Assembly: GCA_963793265.1 (NCBI GenBank)
Contig: CAWBZI010000001.1
Location: 1,152,001-1,216,000 of the forward strand
Length of the DNA: 64,000 nucleotides
Reading direction: 5' to 3'
DNA from: an uncultured cyanobacterium
GTDB taxonomy: Bacteria > Cyanobacteriota > Cyanobacteriia > Phormidesmidales > Phormidesmidaceae
Shown here piece by piece: positions 10,601 to 20,119 of the stretch (position 1 is its first letter; every line of letters begins with the position of its first letter). The position numbers and the translations under genes are program-made. The notes beneath the pieces are model-generated. The model searched no databases. It had not been told where the DNA came from and saw only the letters and a program-made list of their open reading frames with translations.

Positions 10601-11773
10601 GTCGGCAGGCTTTGATCCGCGCCAAACCCAAATCCCGATTACCGGGACTGAAACATTCGGACAATGCAGCTGATCATAACGAGCTCTAGATTCCGCGCCA
10701 AACCCAAATCCCGATTACCGGGACTGAAACGTGGGTGAGCGTTAGTCATCGCGAGAACGTTTCGATGCCGCGCCAAACCCAAATCCCGATTACCGGGACT
10801 GAAACTGTTCGGCGCTCCAATAACGACTGCCACGCTGACCGCACCCGCGCCAAACCCAAATCCCGATTACCGGGACTGAAACTCCTCTACGACCTCTTCT
10901 AGGGAGATGAGTCGGCTTCGCGCCAAACCCAAATCCCGATTACCGGGACTGAAACATCGACAGCAGCGGCACGATCGGACACATTTTCGATCGCGCCAAA
11001 CCCAAATCCCGATTACCGGGACTGAAACGTCTCAGCAGCATCGGCATTAGCCTCTAGTCTAGCTAGCGCGCCAAACCCAAATCCCGATTACCGGGACTGA
11101 AACGAGCTCTCCAAGATAGACGAGGCACACGACTCGACCCCCGCGCCAAACCCAAATCCCGATTACCGGGACTGAAACATCGCCTCTGCCACCGATAGAG
11201 TATTGCGAACATCCGCGCCAAACCCAAATCCCGATTACCGGGACTGAAACTCATGCGTTTACCTACAGCCGGTACGTATTAGACCTGTCGCGCCAAACCC
11301 AAATCCCGATTACCGGGACTGAAACACGTGCTGAGCTGACCGAGACAGGACGTAGCACTAGAGCGCGCCAAACCCAAATCCCGATTACCGGGACTGAAAC
11401 ACCTCATCCCAATCAGCAATGCAACTGACAGCCAAGGCCGCGCCAAACCCAAATCCCGATTACCGGGACTGAAACCTGCTGAAGGTGTTAGAGCTGAATG
11501 CGCGGGGCGGGCCTTCTGACGCGCCAAACCCAAATCCCGATTACCGGGACTGAAACGAATTAGACCGCTATGAAACAGTCATCCTGTCTAATCGCGCCAA
11601 ACCCAAATCCCGATTACCGGGACTGAAACCACATCGAAGGGCAGCGGCCCCGGTTCGTGAGCCCACGCGCCAAACCCAAATCCCGATTACCGGGACTGAA
11701 AATTTCAACTGCGCTATTGTATGGGGGTAGCAAACACACGCCAAACCCAAATCCTGATTACCGGGAGTAAGTC
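7640..11773 (+). CRISPR. Type I-D CRISPR array: 56 repeats (54 perfect, 1 with a last-base change, 1 degenerate terminal) and 55 spacers of 34-44 nt
   Basis: Repeat CGCGCCAAACCCAAATCCCGATTACCGGGACTGAAAC (37 nt, TCCCG/CGGGA stem, GAAAC 3' end), counted by hand. Repeat 55 (11666-11702) ends GAAAA. Terminal copy 11737-11773 is CACGCCAAACCCAAATCCTGATTACCGGGAGTAAGTC. Confidence 0.99.
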
Positions 11774-11774
11774 G

Positions 11775-12035
11775 ATGAGCCCAGCTTTATCTAAAATGAT
11801 AAACGAGCTAAGTCAGCTCTCGCCTCAAGAACAGTGGACATTGTTAGGATACCTAACAAATCGGTTGCAAGACACTGTTCGCTTAGACGAAGCATCATCT
11901 AAGTTGAAACCTACAACGGAGATGGGGAATGCCCTTTCTATCTTCGAAGAGACTAGAGGAATGTGGGGCAGTAGCAGCCTGACATCAATAGATGACGAAC
12001 TCAGTAGACAAAGGCAAAACGACTGGGGAGAATGA
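11775..12035 (+). CDS. Putative antitoxin (86 aa) of the downstream PIN toxin
   Basis: Small gene; QLSPQEQWTLL and GMW...R-R-DW segments resemble VapC-associated antitoxins; GGGAG lies 7 nt before ATG11775. Confidence 0.7.
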   Translation: MSPALSKMINELSQLSPQEQWTLLGYLTNRLQDTVRLDEASSKLKPTTEMGNALSIFEETRGMWGSSSLTSIDDELSRQRQNDWGE

Positions 12036-12438
12036 GCCCGACATCGCAAAACTAATTTTTGATACTAATATCTTCATCTACCATTTCAACAATCAGCTAG
12101 GCGAGCTAGGAACCGATCTTCTTAAGCAAGGACTGCTGAACTCAGGCGCTTATTCAGTCATTTCAAAAATTGAGGTACTAGGCTTCAAGCAGTCCAAAGC
12201 TGATGATACGAAAGCTCGACAGTTTTTGTCTCAGCTCGTCGAACTACCGCTGACCGCCAAAGTTACAGAACGAACAATTTCAATTCGCCAGAATTTAAAG
12301 ATAAAAACGCCTGATGCCATCATTGCAGCTACAGCAATAGAGCACTCACACCGCCTAGTGACTCGCAACTCAAGTGACTCCAGCAAAATCGAGGATTTAG
12401 ACTGGCTGAATCCTTTCATAGAACAAGACCACTCGTAA
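11992..12438 (+). CDS. vapC: PIN-domain (VapC-like) toxin; start uncertain
   Basis: IFDTN, SVISKIE, PDAIIAATA and LVTRNxxD PIN motifs. Confidence 0.85.
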   Translation: MTNSVDKGKTTGENEPDIAKLIFDTNIFIYHFNNQLGELGTDLLKQGLLNSGAYSVISKIEVLGFKQSKADDTKARQFLSQLVELPLTAKVTERTISIRQNLKIKTPDAIIAATAIEHSHRLVTRNSSDSSKIEDLDWLNPFIEQDHS

Positions 12439-12462
12439 TTGTGATGAATTCGTGTGAAACAT

Positions 12463-12492
12463 TTGACACATCAAAAATACTGCTGATACGCT
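12463..12492 (+). promoter_or_regulatory. Putative sigma70 promoter
   Basis: TTGACA (12463-12468), 18-nt spacer, then TGn-TACGCT extended -10 (12487-12492). Confidence 0.6.
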
Positions 12493-12499
12493 GTATCTT

Positions 12500-12706
12500 A
12501 CGGTTGTTCTCGCAACAACCTAACGACCGTCTTGAAAAAACTAGCCATTGTCGGCGTTGGCTGGAACCCAACACCGACAACTAACCTCTGAACTGATTAG
12601 ACCAGTAAAGAGGCTGTGGGTATCATCCCACAGCCACCCTGGCGCTTGGCAAGTCGGAGTGGCTATTTTTTTCTGGGTTTTCTTCAACCACTCACCCGAA
12701 GAACCC
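12500..12706 (+). ncRNA. Highly structured 5' leader or putative cis-regulatory RNA
   Basis: Hairpins at 12502-12520, 12548-12580, 12612-12635 and 12675-12706; terminator-like stem 12632-12664 followed by T7; long-range TAGCCA/TGGCTA pairing. Confidence 0.55.
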
Positions 12707-13033
12707 ATGAAAATCATGACTTTCACAGCCAATCAACCGCTACAAGCCCGTCCAACAGCTCACCCAGAAACTCGCCAAATTATTACCCAGGCCATCACTC
12801 AATCTGAGCCAACCACCGCCCTACAGCTTTCGTCAAACGGCACCGATCCCGGCGAATCTCTCCGGCATATTTTACTGGGTAGCCCCAGCGCTATCCAACA
12901 GACCATTCACCTACTCCACAAGCTTCACTACGCCGAAACCCTCTTGTGGACACCCATCCTCACCATCGAAGAACCGTTGAACATTACACCTGCGCAAGGC
13001 GAAGCAATCAGCCTGCTCAAAAAGCAAATATAG
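12707..13033 (+). CDS. Small hypothetical protein (108 aa; LRHILLGSPSAIQQTIHLLHKLHYAE...W-P core)
   Basis: ATG12707 is in frame with ORF 12548..13033. The core motif resembles, from memory, a recurrent uncharacterised cyanobacterial family. Confidence 0.7.
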   Translation: MKIMTFTANQPLQARPTAHPETRQIITQAITQSEPTTALQLSSNGTDPGESLRHILLGSPSAIQQTIHLLHKLHYAETLLWTPILTIEEPLNITPAQGEAISLLKKQI

Positions 13034-13043
13034 CCAAAGGTGC

Positions 13044-13081
13044 ATTCGCAGGCTGGCTATAAAACAAACCAGCCTGCGAAT
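13044..13081. terminator. Perfect 13-bp inverted repeat after the small gene
   Basis: ATTCGCAGGCTGG-N12-CCAGCCTGCGAAT; no clean U tract on the + strand. Confidence 0.5.
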
Positions 13082-13618
13082 ACAAACAAATCTAAAACAG
13101 CACTTGACCTGAATACTCGCCCGACTGCCGAGCCCCGTCCGACTCCATATCAGAATACTCACGCGCTGACATCACCTGGCTAGCCACCAGTAGCATCAAC
13201 AGCAGCACAAACGGGATCGATACAAAATTAAACAACAACTTACACCAAGCTTCACTAAAAGAAGACTGATACACAGCGAAACCTCACGAGCAACGAAAAT
13301 TAGGAGCGAAGAGAAGACAAAGCGAAAAGACGAAGCGGCTCCCTTGTGTATTCATTCTCCATGTCATAGATGCCCATAGCCGGACGGTTAGTGACACAAC
13401 CAAAAGTGGTTTGTCACAAATCTTTCAAAAGGTATACGCACGAGGTCGTACAAACCGTACTCAAAGCTTGTTTTTGTATCAGCGGCCACTCTGACTAACA
13501 GCAACAACTTTTACGTATTAGCAGCTAAACGTAAAGGTATCAAGAACTGCATTCGATACCCTTGTATTCGCCCGATCGCGCTGTAAAATCCTTAATAGCT
13601 TGGAAAAAGGACTTGAAA

Positions 13619-14290
13619 ATGCCACTTGACAAGGTTTCTACACTGCTCAGCAGCATCAGCTTAGGATGCTTACTCCTGACGGGCGCGCCTGCTAAGGCCC
13701 AATCAGCCACCATCCATCAGCTCGGCGTCCTCGACAGCGCCGATCCTCAGATGAGTGACGGCAGCTACTTCGACAGCTACGAAATTGCCGGAACCGCCGG
13801 AGAGCGCGTCACCATCTCGCTCAACAGCTCAGAATTCGACACCTTTCTAGGAATCTTAGACAGCGAAGACAATCTGTTAGCCAGCAACGACGACGCCAGC
13901 GACACCAACCGCAACTCATTTATTTCCCTAACCCTACCGGCCAACGGCATTTACACAGTCGTGACCACCACCTTTACCCCCTCAGCCAGCGGCGGCTACC
14001 GGCTCTCCATGCGCAACTTCAACGCGCCGCCCACTACTACTAGCACTACCCAAACCGCCTCATCCGGCCTATCCCCCGTCTTCAATCCCCTCGCCCTGCT
14101 CGCCATTGGGTTCGCACTCGACAGCTTCTTTGGCGGCGGCGGCGGCAGTGCTGATCCCTATCCCGACCCTAGCCAAGACCCGCTCTTACGAGACATGAAC
14201 CGACCCCAACGAAGCGCACCGCTGCCGCCACCCCGGCCCATCCCACCCGTAGGTGGCCCCTGCGGCCTGTATGGCAGCGGGCCTTGCTGA
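13619..14290 (+). CDS. Secreted PPC (pre-peptidase C-terminal) domain protein with Pro/Gly-rich tail
   Basis: Signal-peptide-like LGCLLLTGAPAKAQ; DGSYFDSY..G.AGERVTISL.S.EFDTFL, NDD and LPANGIYTV. Confidence 0.8.
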   Translation: MPLDKVSTLLSSISLGCLLLTGAPAKAQSATIHQLGVLDSADPQMSDGSYFDSYEIAGTAGERVTISLNSSEFDTFLGILDSEDNLLASNDDASDTNRNSFISLTLPANGIYTVVTTTFTPSASGGYRLSMRNFNAPPTTTSTTQTASSGLSPVFNPLALLAIGFALDSFFGGGGGSADPYPDPSQDPLLRDMNRPQRSAPLPPPRPIPPVGGPCGLYGSGPC

Positions 14291-14335
14291 AGTAGTCCCA
14301 AAGCTATCGACGTTGCGAGCAGTATTCAGAGGCAA

Positions 14336-17300
14336 TCATGATGCAGAATGCTGCTTGAGCACGTCTTTTAGATATTTGCCTGTGTAAGAAGCTTCCACCT
14401 CAGCGACTTCCTCGGGTGTGCCCTCAGCAATAATTTCGCCACCGCGATCGCCCCCCTCAGGCCCTAAGTCAATCACCCAGTCACAGCACCGAATCATATC
14501 CAAGTTGTGCTCAATCATAATCACCGAATTACCCTTATCCACTAGGCGCTGCACCACATCTAGCAGCTTGTGCACATCATAAAAAGAGAGTCCAGTCGTC
14601 GGCTCATCAATTAAATACAGCGTTTTACCCGTAGACCTGCGCGCCAGCTCGCTTGCCAGCTTCATCCGCTGCGCCTCACCACCTGAAAGCGTCGGCGCAG
14701 TTTGGCCCAGGCGCACATAGCCTAAGCCCACATCCACCATCGTCTGCAACCGGCTCGCCGCCTTCGGAATGTTCTCAAAAAAGGTCAGCGCCTCTTCAGC
14801 CGTGGTATGCAGCACATCCGAGATATTCTTCGCCTTGTACTTTACCTGAAGCGTCTCACGGTTGTAGCGCGCGCCCTTGCACACCTCACACTCCACATAC
14901 ACATCTGGTAAAAAGTTCATTTCAATGACATTCACACCCTGCCCGCCGCAGGCTTCACAGCGCCCGCCCTTCACATTGAACGAAAACTGCCCGCGCTTAT
15001 AGCCCCGCGCCTTCGCCTCAATTGTCTCGGTGTACAAATCGCGCACCACGTCAAAAATGCCGGTATACGTCGCCGGGTTAGAGCGTGGCGTCCGCCCAAT
15101 CGGAGACTGGTCGATCACAATTGCCTTGTCTAGCGCCTTGAGTCCTTTAATCGGCTCCATCTCTTTAGGCTCAGGAATTTTGCTGCCAAAGAAGTGACGA
15201 ATCGCCGGATACAACAGATCGTTAATTAACGTCGATTTGCCCGATCCCGACACGCCCGTAATGCAAACAAACTTGCCCAGCGGAATATCCACATCAACAT
15301 TCTGCAAGTTGTTGCGGTGCGCGTTGCGAATTTGAATACTGCGCCCGTTCCCTGCTCTGCGCTCAGTCGGCGTGGCAATCTTTTTACGCCCCGATAGATA
15401 TGCCCCGGTCAGCGATTCCTCCGAGTTCAAAATGTCTTCTAGCTGGCCTTGGGCGACAATATTGCCGCCGTGAATTCCCGCCCCAGGGCCAATATCCACA
15501 ATGTAGTCCGCCGCTCGCATGGTGTCTTCATCGTGCTCCACCACCACCAGCGTATTGCCCAGCTCCTTCAGCCGATCCAGCGTCTTCAGCAGGCGATCGT
15601 TGTCTCGTTGGTGCAAGCCAATGCTCGGCTCGTCAAGCACATACAGCACGCCGCTCAGGCCCGCGCCAATCTGCGTCGCCAGTCGAATCCGCTGCGCTTC
15701 GCCACCCGAAAGCGTTCGCGCCGTTCTGTCTAGCGTGAGGTAGTCCAGCCCGACATCAAGTAAAAAGGTCAGCCGCGCCTTAATCTCTTTGAGCACCAGT
15801 TCACCAATGGCAATTTGGCGGTTTGTTAGCTTAGGCGCTTCGCCATTTTCACCCACCAGCTCGAAGACGCGATCGCGACATTCCCGAATCGAAACGCTGG
15901 TAAAATCCTTAATGTTATAAGGCCCAATCTTCACCGCCAAAGACTCCGGCTTCAGCTTCGCCCCATGGCAGGTTTCGCAGGGCTGATCGATCAAATACTT
16001 CTCTAGCTTTTGCTTATAGGTATCTGACGAAGACTCCTGATACTGCCTTTGCAACATCGGCAATACGCCCTCATAGCGGCGATGATAGCCCTTCTGCGTG
16101 CCGTAGCGAGAATCCGTTTCGATGTAGATTTTCTCTTTAGAGCCGTGCAAAATCGTGTGCATCTGCTCCTTTTCGAGCGTTTGCCACTGCGACTGTAGCT
16201 CGAAGCCAAACGCCTGACCCACGCTGTAGAGCAAAGAGAAATAGTAGGTATTGTCCTTTTCTGACCAGGGGGCGATCGCGGCATACACAGGCGCAGTCAA
16301 ATCAGGCACCACCAGCTCCGCCGAAAACCGCCGCAGGCTCCCCAAACCATGACAGTCCGGGCAGGCCCCATAGGGTGAGTTAAACGAAAACAAACGCGGC
16401 GATAGCTCATCCATCACCGCCCCGTGCTCAGGGCAGGCAAAATTCTCAGAGAAAATCAGCTCATCCGGCAGCGCGTTCTCAGGCTGCTCTTTCTTAGCGT
16501 CTCCCGAATCGTCCTTTCTTGCAGGCAAAATATCAATAATCGCGATTCCATCCGACCGACTCAGCGCTGTGGTCAGCGAATCCACCAGCCGCTCCTGCAA
16601 ATCGTCCTTTTTCACCAGACGATCAACCACCACCTCAATATCGTGCGTCTTATTCTTATCCAGCTCGATATTATCGCCCAGCTCACGCGCCTCTTTGTTA
16701 ATGCGCACCCGCACAAAGCCCTCAGCCGCCAACGCCGACAGCAGCTTTTGATGCGTTCCCTTTTTCCCACGCACCACAGGCGCTAAAATCTGAAACCGCG
16801 TTTTATCCGGCAGCTCCATCACCTGATCGACCATTTGATCGATGCTCTGTGGCGCAATCGATCTGTCGCACACTGGGCAATGCGGCTGACCAGCTCGGCC
16901 ATACAGCAAACGAAAATAGTCATAGATCTCCGTTACCGTACCCACCGTCGAACGCGGGTTATGCGAGGTTGACTTTTGATCGATCGAAATCGCCGGGCTC
17001 AGGCCCTCAATTGCATCTACATCCGGCTTGTCCACCTGGCCCAAAAACTGCCGGGCGTAGGCACTCAGCGACTCCACATAGCGCCTTTGCCCTTCGGCAA
17101 AAATCGTATCGAACGCCAGCGACGACTTACCCGAGCCCGAAACCCCGGTAAACACAATCATCTTGTCACGCGGCAAATCAAGGCTAATATCCTTGAGGTT
17201 GTGCTGCCGCGCGCCGCTAATACGGATCAGGTTCTTAGTATCAGAAAGATCCAGGTCACCACCCGCCAAACCTATCGGCGCATCAACGTGAGCAGCGGGC

Positions 17301-17428
17301 CTATCTTTGGCCGTTTTTGTAGACTTTCGAGTCGTTTTTTTCTGAGTTTTAGCCGCTTTAGCCTTAGCTCCGTTAGAGGCTGTAGTAGGGTTTTTATCCG
17401 AATCAGGCTTTTTTTTGGATGAAGGCAT
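14336..17428 (-). CDS. uvrA: Excinuclease ABC subunit A
   Basis: GARQHNLK, two GVSGSGKS Walker A motifs, two LSGGEAQR signatures and Zn fingers. Confidence 0.99.
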   Translation of the reverse strand: MPSSKKKPDSDKNPTTASNGAKAKAAKTQKKTTRKSTKTAKDRPAAHVDAPIGLAGGDLDLSDTKNLIRISGARQHNLKDISLDLPRDKMIVFTGVSGSGKSSLAFDTIFAEGQRRYVESLSAYARQFLGQVDKPDVDAIEGLSPAISIDQKSTSHNPRSTVGTVTEIYDYFRLLYGRAGQPHCPVCDRSIAPQSIDQMVDQVMELPDKTRFQILAPVVRGKKGTHQKLLSALAAEGFVRVRINKEARELGDNIELDKNKTHDIEVVVDRLVKKDDLQERLVDSLTTALSRSDGIAIIDILPARKDDSGDAKKEQPENALPDELIFSENFACPEHGAVMDELSPRLFSFNSPYGACPDCHGLGSLRRFSAELVVPDLTAPVYAAIAPWSEKDNTYYFSLLYSVGQAFGFELQSQWQTLEKEQMHTILHGSKEKIYIETDSRYGTQKGYHRRYEGVLPMLQRQYQESSSDTYKQKLEKYLIDQPCETCHGAKLKPESLAVKIGPYNIKDFTSVSIRECRDRVFELVGENGEAPKLTNRQIAIGELVLKEIKARLTFLLDVGLDYLTLDRTARTLSGGEAQRIRLATQIGAGLSGVLYVLDEPSIGLHQRDNDRLLKTLDRLKELGNTLVVVEHDEDTMRAADYIVDIGPGAGIHGGNIVAQGQLEDILNSEESLTGAYLSGRKKIATPTERRAGNGRSIQIRNAHRNNLQNVDVDIPLGKFVCITGVSGSGKSTLINDLLYPAIRHFFGSKIPEPKEMEPIKGLKALDKAIVIDQSPIGRTPRSNPATYTGIFDVVRDLYTETIEAKARGYKRGQFSFNVKGGRCEACGGQGVNVIEMNFLPDVYVECEVCKGARYNRETLQVKYKAKNISDVLHTTAEEALTFFENIPKAASRLQTMVDVGLGYVRLGQTAPTLSGGEAQRMKLASELARRSTGKTLYLIDEPTTGLSFYDVHKLLDVVQRLVDKGNSVIMIEHNLDMIRCCDWVIDLGPEGGDRGGEIIAEGTPEEVAEVEASYTGKYLKDVLKQHSAS

Positions 17429-17620
17429 GGGCGAAATTAGAGGCCGAGAGTGGCGATTTTACGGACGCTTGAAAGCATTTCTTCATAATAAACCACCGCG
17501 ATCGCTCTGAGCAGGTTCGGTTAATATGCAGCAGATTACACTTCGGATGTATCCGTTTATCGTTACCTCCCAATAGCCCACCCCGTCCCTGCGCGCCGCC
17601 TCTCAAAAGCCCACAAGACT

Positions 17621-19003
17621 ATGAATTTTTCCCAGTCAATACAGGCACAGATTGCCGATCAGCGATCACTCTTCGCCACCCTAAAAACGCGCTCCCTAGC
17701 CTTCCGCCGCGCCCAGCTCAAAACCCTAAAAGCCAGCATCACCGCCGCTGCGGCCGACATTTCAGCCGCCCTCAGAGCCGACTTAGGCAAATCCGAAGCC
17801 GAAGCCTATCTCAGCGAAACTGTGCTGTGCCTCAACGACATCGACTTCGCCCTCAAGCACCTGTCACGATGGAGCAAACCCAAACGCGCCCGCGTCCCCA
17901 TTGCCTTCCAGCCCAGCCGCGCCAAAATCATCCCCGAACCGCTTGGCGTCGTGCTCATCATCAGCCCGTGGAACTATCCCTTTCAGCTCGCCATCGGCCC
18001 GCTTGTCAGTGCGATCGCCGCCGGTAACTGCGCCATCATCAAGCCCTCCGAAATCACACCCCACACCTCAGCGTTACTCTCAAAGCTCATCACCAGCACC
18101 TTTCCTCCCGACTACGTAAGCGTCATCGAAGGCAACGCCGACACCGCCCAAGCCCTCCTCGCAGAACCCTTCGACCACATTTTCTTCACCGGCTCCCCCG
18201 CCATCGGCAAAATCGTCATGCGCGCCGCTGCCGAACACCTCACCCCCGTCACCCTGGAGCTAGGCGGCAAAAGTCCGACGATTGTCACCGCCCAGGCCAA
18301 TATTACAGTCGCTGCCCGTCGCATTGTGTGGGGCAAATGCTTTAACGCTGGACAGACCTGCATTGCGCCTGACTATGTGCTGGTTGAAGAGAGCGTTAAG
18401 GGTGAGTTAGTGGAGGCGATCGCCCAAGCCAAAACCGACCTCTACGGCCAAGACATGCTCACCAGCTCCGACTATGGCCGCATCGTCAGCGACCACCACT
18501 TCCAACGCCTCCAAACCCTCCTTTCCACCACCACCGGCACCACCGCCCTCGGCGGACACAGCGACTCCGCCAAGCGCTACTTTGATCTCACCGTCATCGA
18601 CAGCCCCTCCCCCGAAGACGATCTCATGCGCTCCGAAATCTTCGGCCCCATCCTCCCCATCCTCACTATCGAAAACCTCAACGACGCCATCCAATTTATC
18701 AACCAGCGCCCAAAACCGCTTGCCCTCTATCTATTCTCAAACGACCGCGATCAGCAACAAGCCGTCCAAAATCAAACCTCATCCGGCTCATTTTGCATTA
18801 ACGAAACCGTCAGCCAATACGCCATTTCCACCCTTCCCTTCGGTGGCGTCGGCCAAAGCGGCATCGGCGCAGCCCACGGCAAAGCAGGTTTTGACACCTT
18901 CTCTCACTACAAAAGTGTTCTCAAAAATCCATCCTGGCTAGATATCCCGCTCCGCTATCCGCCCTATGCAGGCAAACTGCCGCTGCTCAAAAAGTTGTTG
19001 TAG
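17621..19003 (+). CDS. Aldehyde dehydrogenase (ALDH3-like)
   Basis: PWNYP, KPSE, FTGS, LELGGKSP, NAGQTCIAPDY, EIFGP and PFGGVG. Confidence 0.95.
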   Translation: MNFSQSIQAQIADQRSLFATLKTRSLAFRRAQLKTLKASITAAAADISAALRADLGKSEAEAYLSETVLCLNDIDFALKHLSRWSKPKRARVPIAFQPSRAKIIPEPLGVVLIISPWNYPFQLAIGPLVSAIAAGNCAIIKPSEITPHTSALLSKLITSTFPPDYVSVIEGNADTAQALLAEPFDHIFFTGSPAIGKIVMRAAAEHLTPVTLELGGKSPTIVTAQANITVAARRIVWGKCFNAGQTCIAPDYVLVEESVKGELVEAIAQAKTDLYGQDMLTSSDYGRIVSDHHFQRLQTLLSTTTGTTALGGHSDSAKRYFDLTVIDSPSPEDDLMRSEIFGPILPILTIENLNDAIQFINQRPKPLALYLFSNDRDQQQAVQNQTSSGSFCINETVSQYAISTLPFGGVGQSGIGAAHGKAGFDTFSHYKSVLKNPSWLDIPLRYPPYAGKLPLLKKLL

Positions 19004-19017
19004 CAAAACGATTATCT

Positions 19018-19437
19018 CTATGCTGACCAGTCCTCAATACTCAAATCTGTTATACGCTCAAAATCTTGGCGGTTGCGTGTAACGAGTGTTGCTTTTTGAG
19101 CCAAAGAAATTGCTGCAATCTTGAGATCTTGTGTACCCGTCCGAAGCTTTCGGGCTAAAAGGACTTGAAAATAAGCCTCTGCTTGAGTGTCGTATTCTAT
19201 AATCCTAAAGCCATCGAGAAACTCTAACGTTCTTGCGAACCAACGATAGACATAAATTCTCTCTTGAGGCTTACTAGCCTTGCGAATCTGCGCTAAACGA
19301 CCTCGAATGAGTTCTTCAGCACTAATCACAGTGATAGCGATCTGAGTAGGTGGAATTGTCAGCAGCTTTTGGCCGATAGGTTCATGGCCACGCTGATACA
19401 GGCTGAGATGATCGCTATCTAATATGTAAAAAGGCAT
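19018..19437 (-). CDS. vapC: PIN-domain (VapC-like) toxin
   Basis: YILDSDHLS, ISAEE, DLKIAAI and LVTRNRQDF. Confidence 0.9.
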   Translation of the reverse strand: MPFYILDSDHLSLYQRGHEPIGQKLLTIPPTQIAITVISAEELIRGRLAQIRKASKPQERIYVYRWFARTLEFLDGFRIIEYDTQAEAYFQVLLARKLRTGTQDLKIAAISLAQKATLVTRNRQDFERITDLSIEDWSA

Positions 19438-19449
19438 TAAAATACAGCA

Positions 19450-19761
19450 TCACTCCGCAAGAGGATCTGCTTCGCGATCAATTTCTTGACGATATGCTGC
19501 AATTTCAGCTTGCAAATCCTCAAATGTTGGGTCGTCCTTGAACCAACCAAACTTATCAATCCATGGATTTCCCGTCTGTGTTGGCAGCGGAATCTCTACC
19601 TGAATAACTTCCACCTTGTTCGTTAAATAATCAAGGAGGCGAGATTTTAGTTGGGCAATAGCAGCGTCTCGACTGCTTTCAGTCACGATTACTTCGGGCC
19701 ACTCTTTAGCGCGAGCAATATATCTATCGTCTTCTCTACTAAGAATAACATCGTAAATCAT
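19450..19761 (-). CDS. Antitoxin with HicB-like N-terminus
   Basis: YDVIL...YIARAKEWPEVIVTESSRDAAIAQLK resembles the HicB fold; NPW..FG.FKDDP tail; 12 nt upstream of the PIN gene. Confidence 0.7.
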   Translation of the reverse strand: MIYDVILSREDDRYIARAKEWPEVIVTESSRDAAIAQLKSRLLDYLTNKVEVIQVEIPLPTQTGNPWIDKFGWFKDDPTFEDLQAEIAAYRQEIDREADPLAE

Positions 19762-20119
19762 GGCTTATCTCTACTTTATTTTTGGTTATGACCATCGACC
19801 TTTCTATCGATGCTAGAAAGACCTATTTTCTTTAGCTCGCTGCTGAAGACGCTGCGCTAGTTGAGGCTCGATAGATTTTAGGAGGATGTTCGTCATGATG
19901 CAGGAAAGCTCAGAGCAGCTTGTAGTTAGAAGGATATTAGGCTTATAAATTTGAAAAGAACGCTAAGCCTATTGTTGACTTTACTTGAGCCACACGTATG
20001 AAGGTATTGTACAGCTTTCGGTGAGCGGAAGGTGGCGCTTTTAAATAGACCGAAGTCCTCAGGCGCTTCGCGCAGGAAAGAAGAGTAGAGGGAAAGAGGG
20101 TAAAAGAGAAAAGTGTAAC

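Noticed and set aside
7677..11736. Self-targeting spacers within this window
   Set aside because: None noticed by eye, but an exhaustive alignment could not be run, so this is neither claimed nor excluded.
7712..11750. Many ORFs with repeating RAKPKSRLPGLK / RQTQIPITGTET / FSPGNRDLGLAR peptides
   Set aside because: They are translations of the CRISPR repeats.
12548..12706. N-terminal 53 aa of ORF 12548..13033
   Set aside because: TTG start inside a hairpin-rich region; ATG12707 is the more plausible start.
13391..13461. GTGACA-N15-TGTCAC palindrome and GTAC-N5-GTAC (also near 58125) as LexA or NtcA sites
   Set aside because: Spacing fits neither the cyanobacterial LexA box nor NtcA GTA-N8-TAC; could be chance.
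17429..17620. SOS box upstream of uvrA
   Set aside because: No convincing match found.
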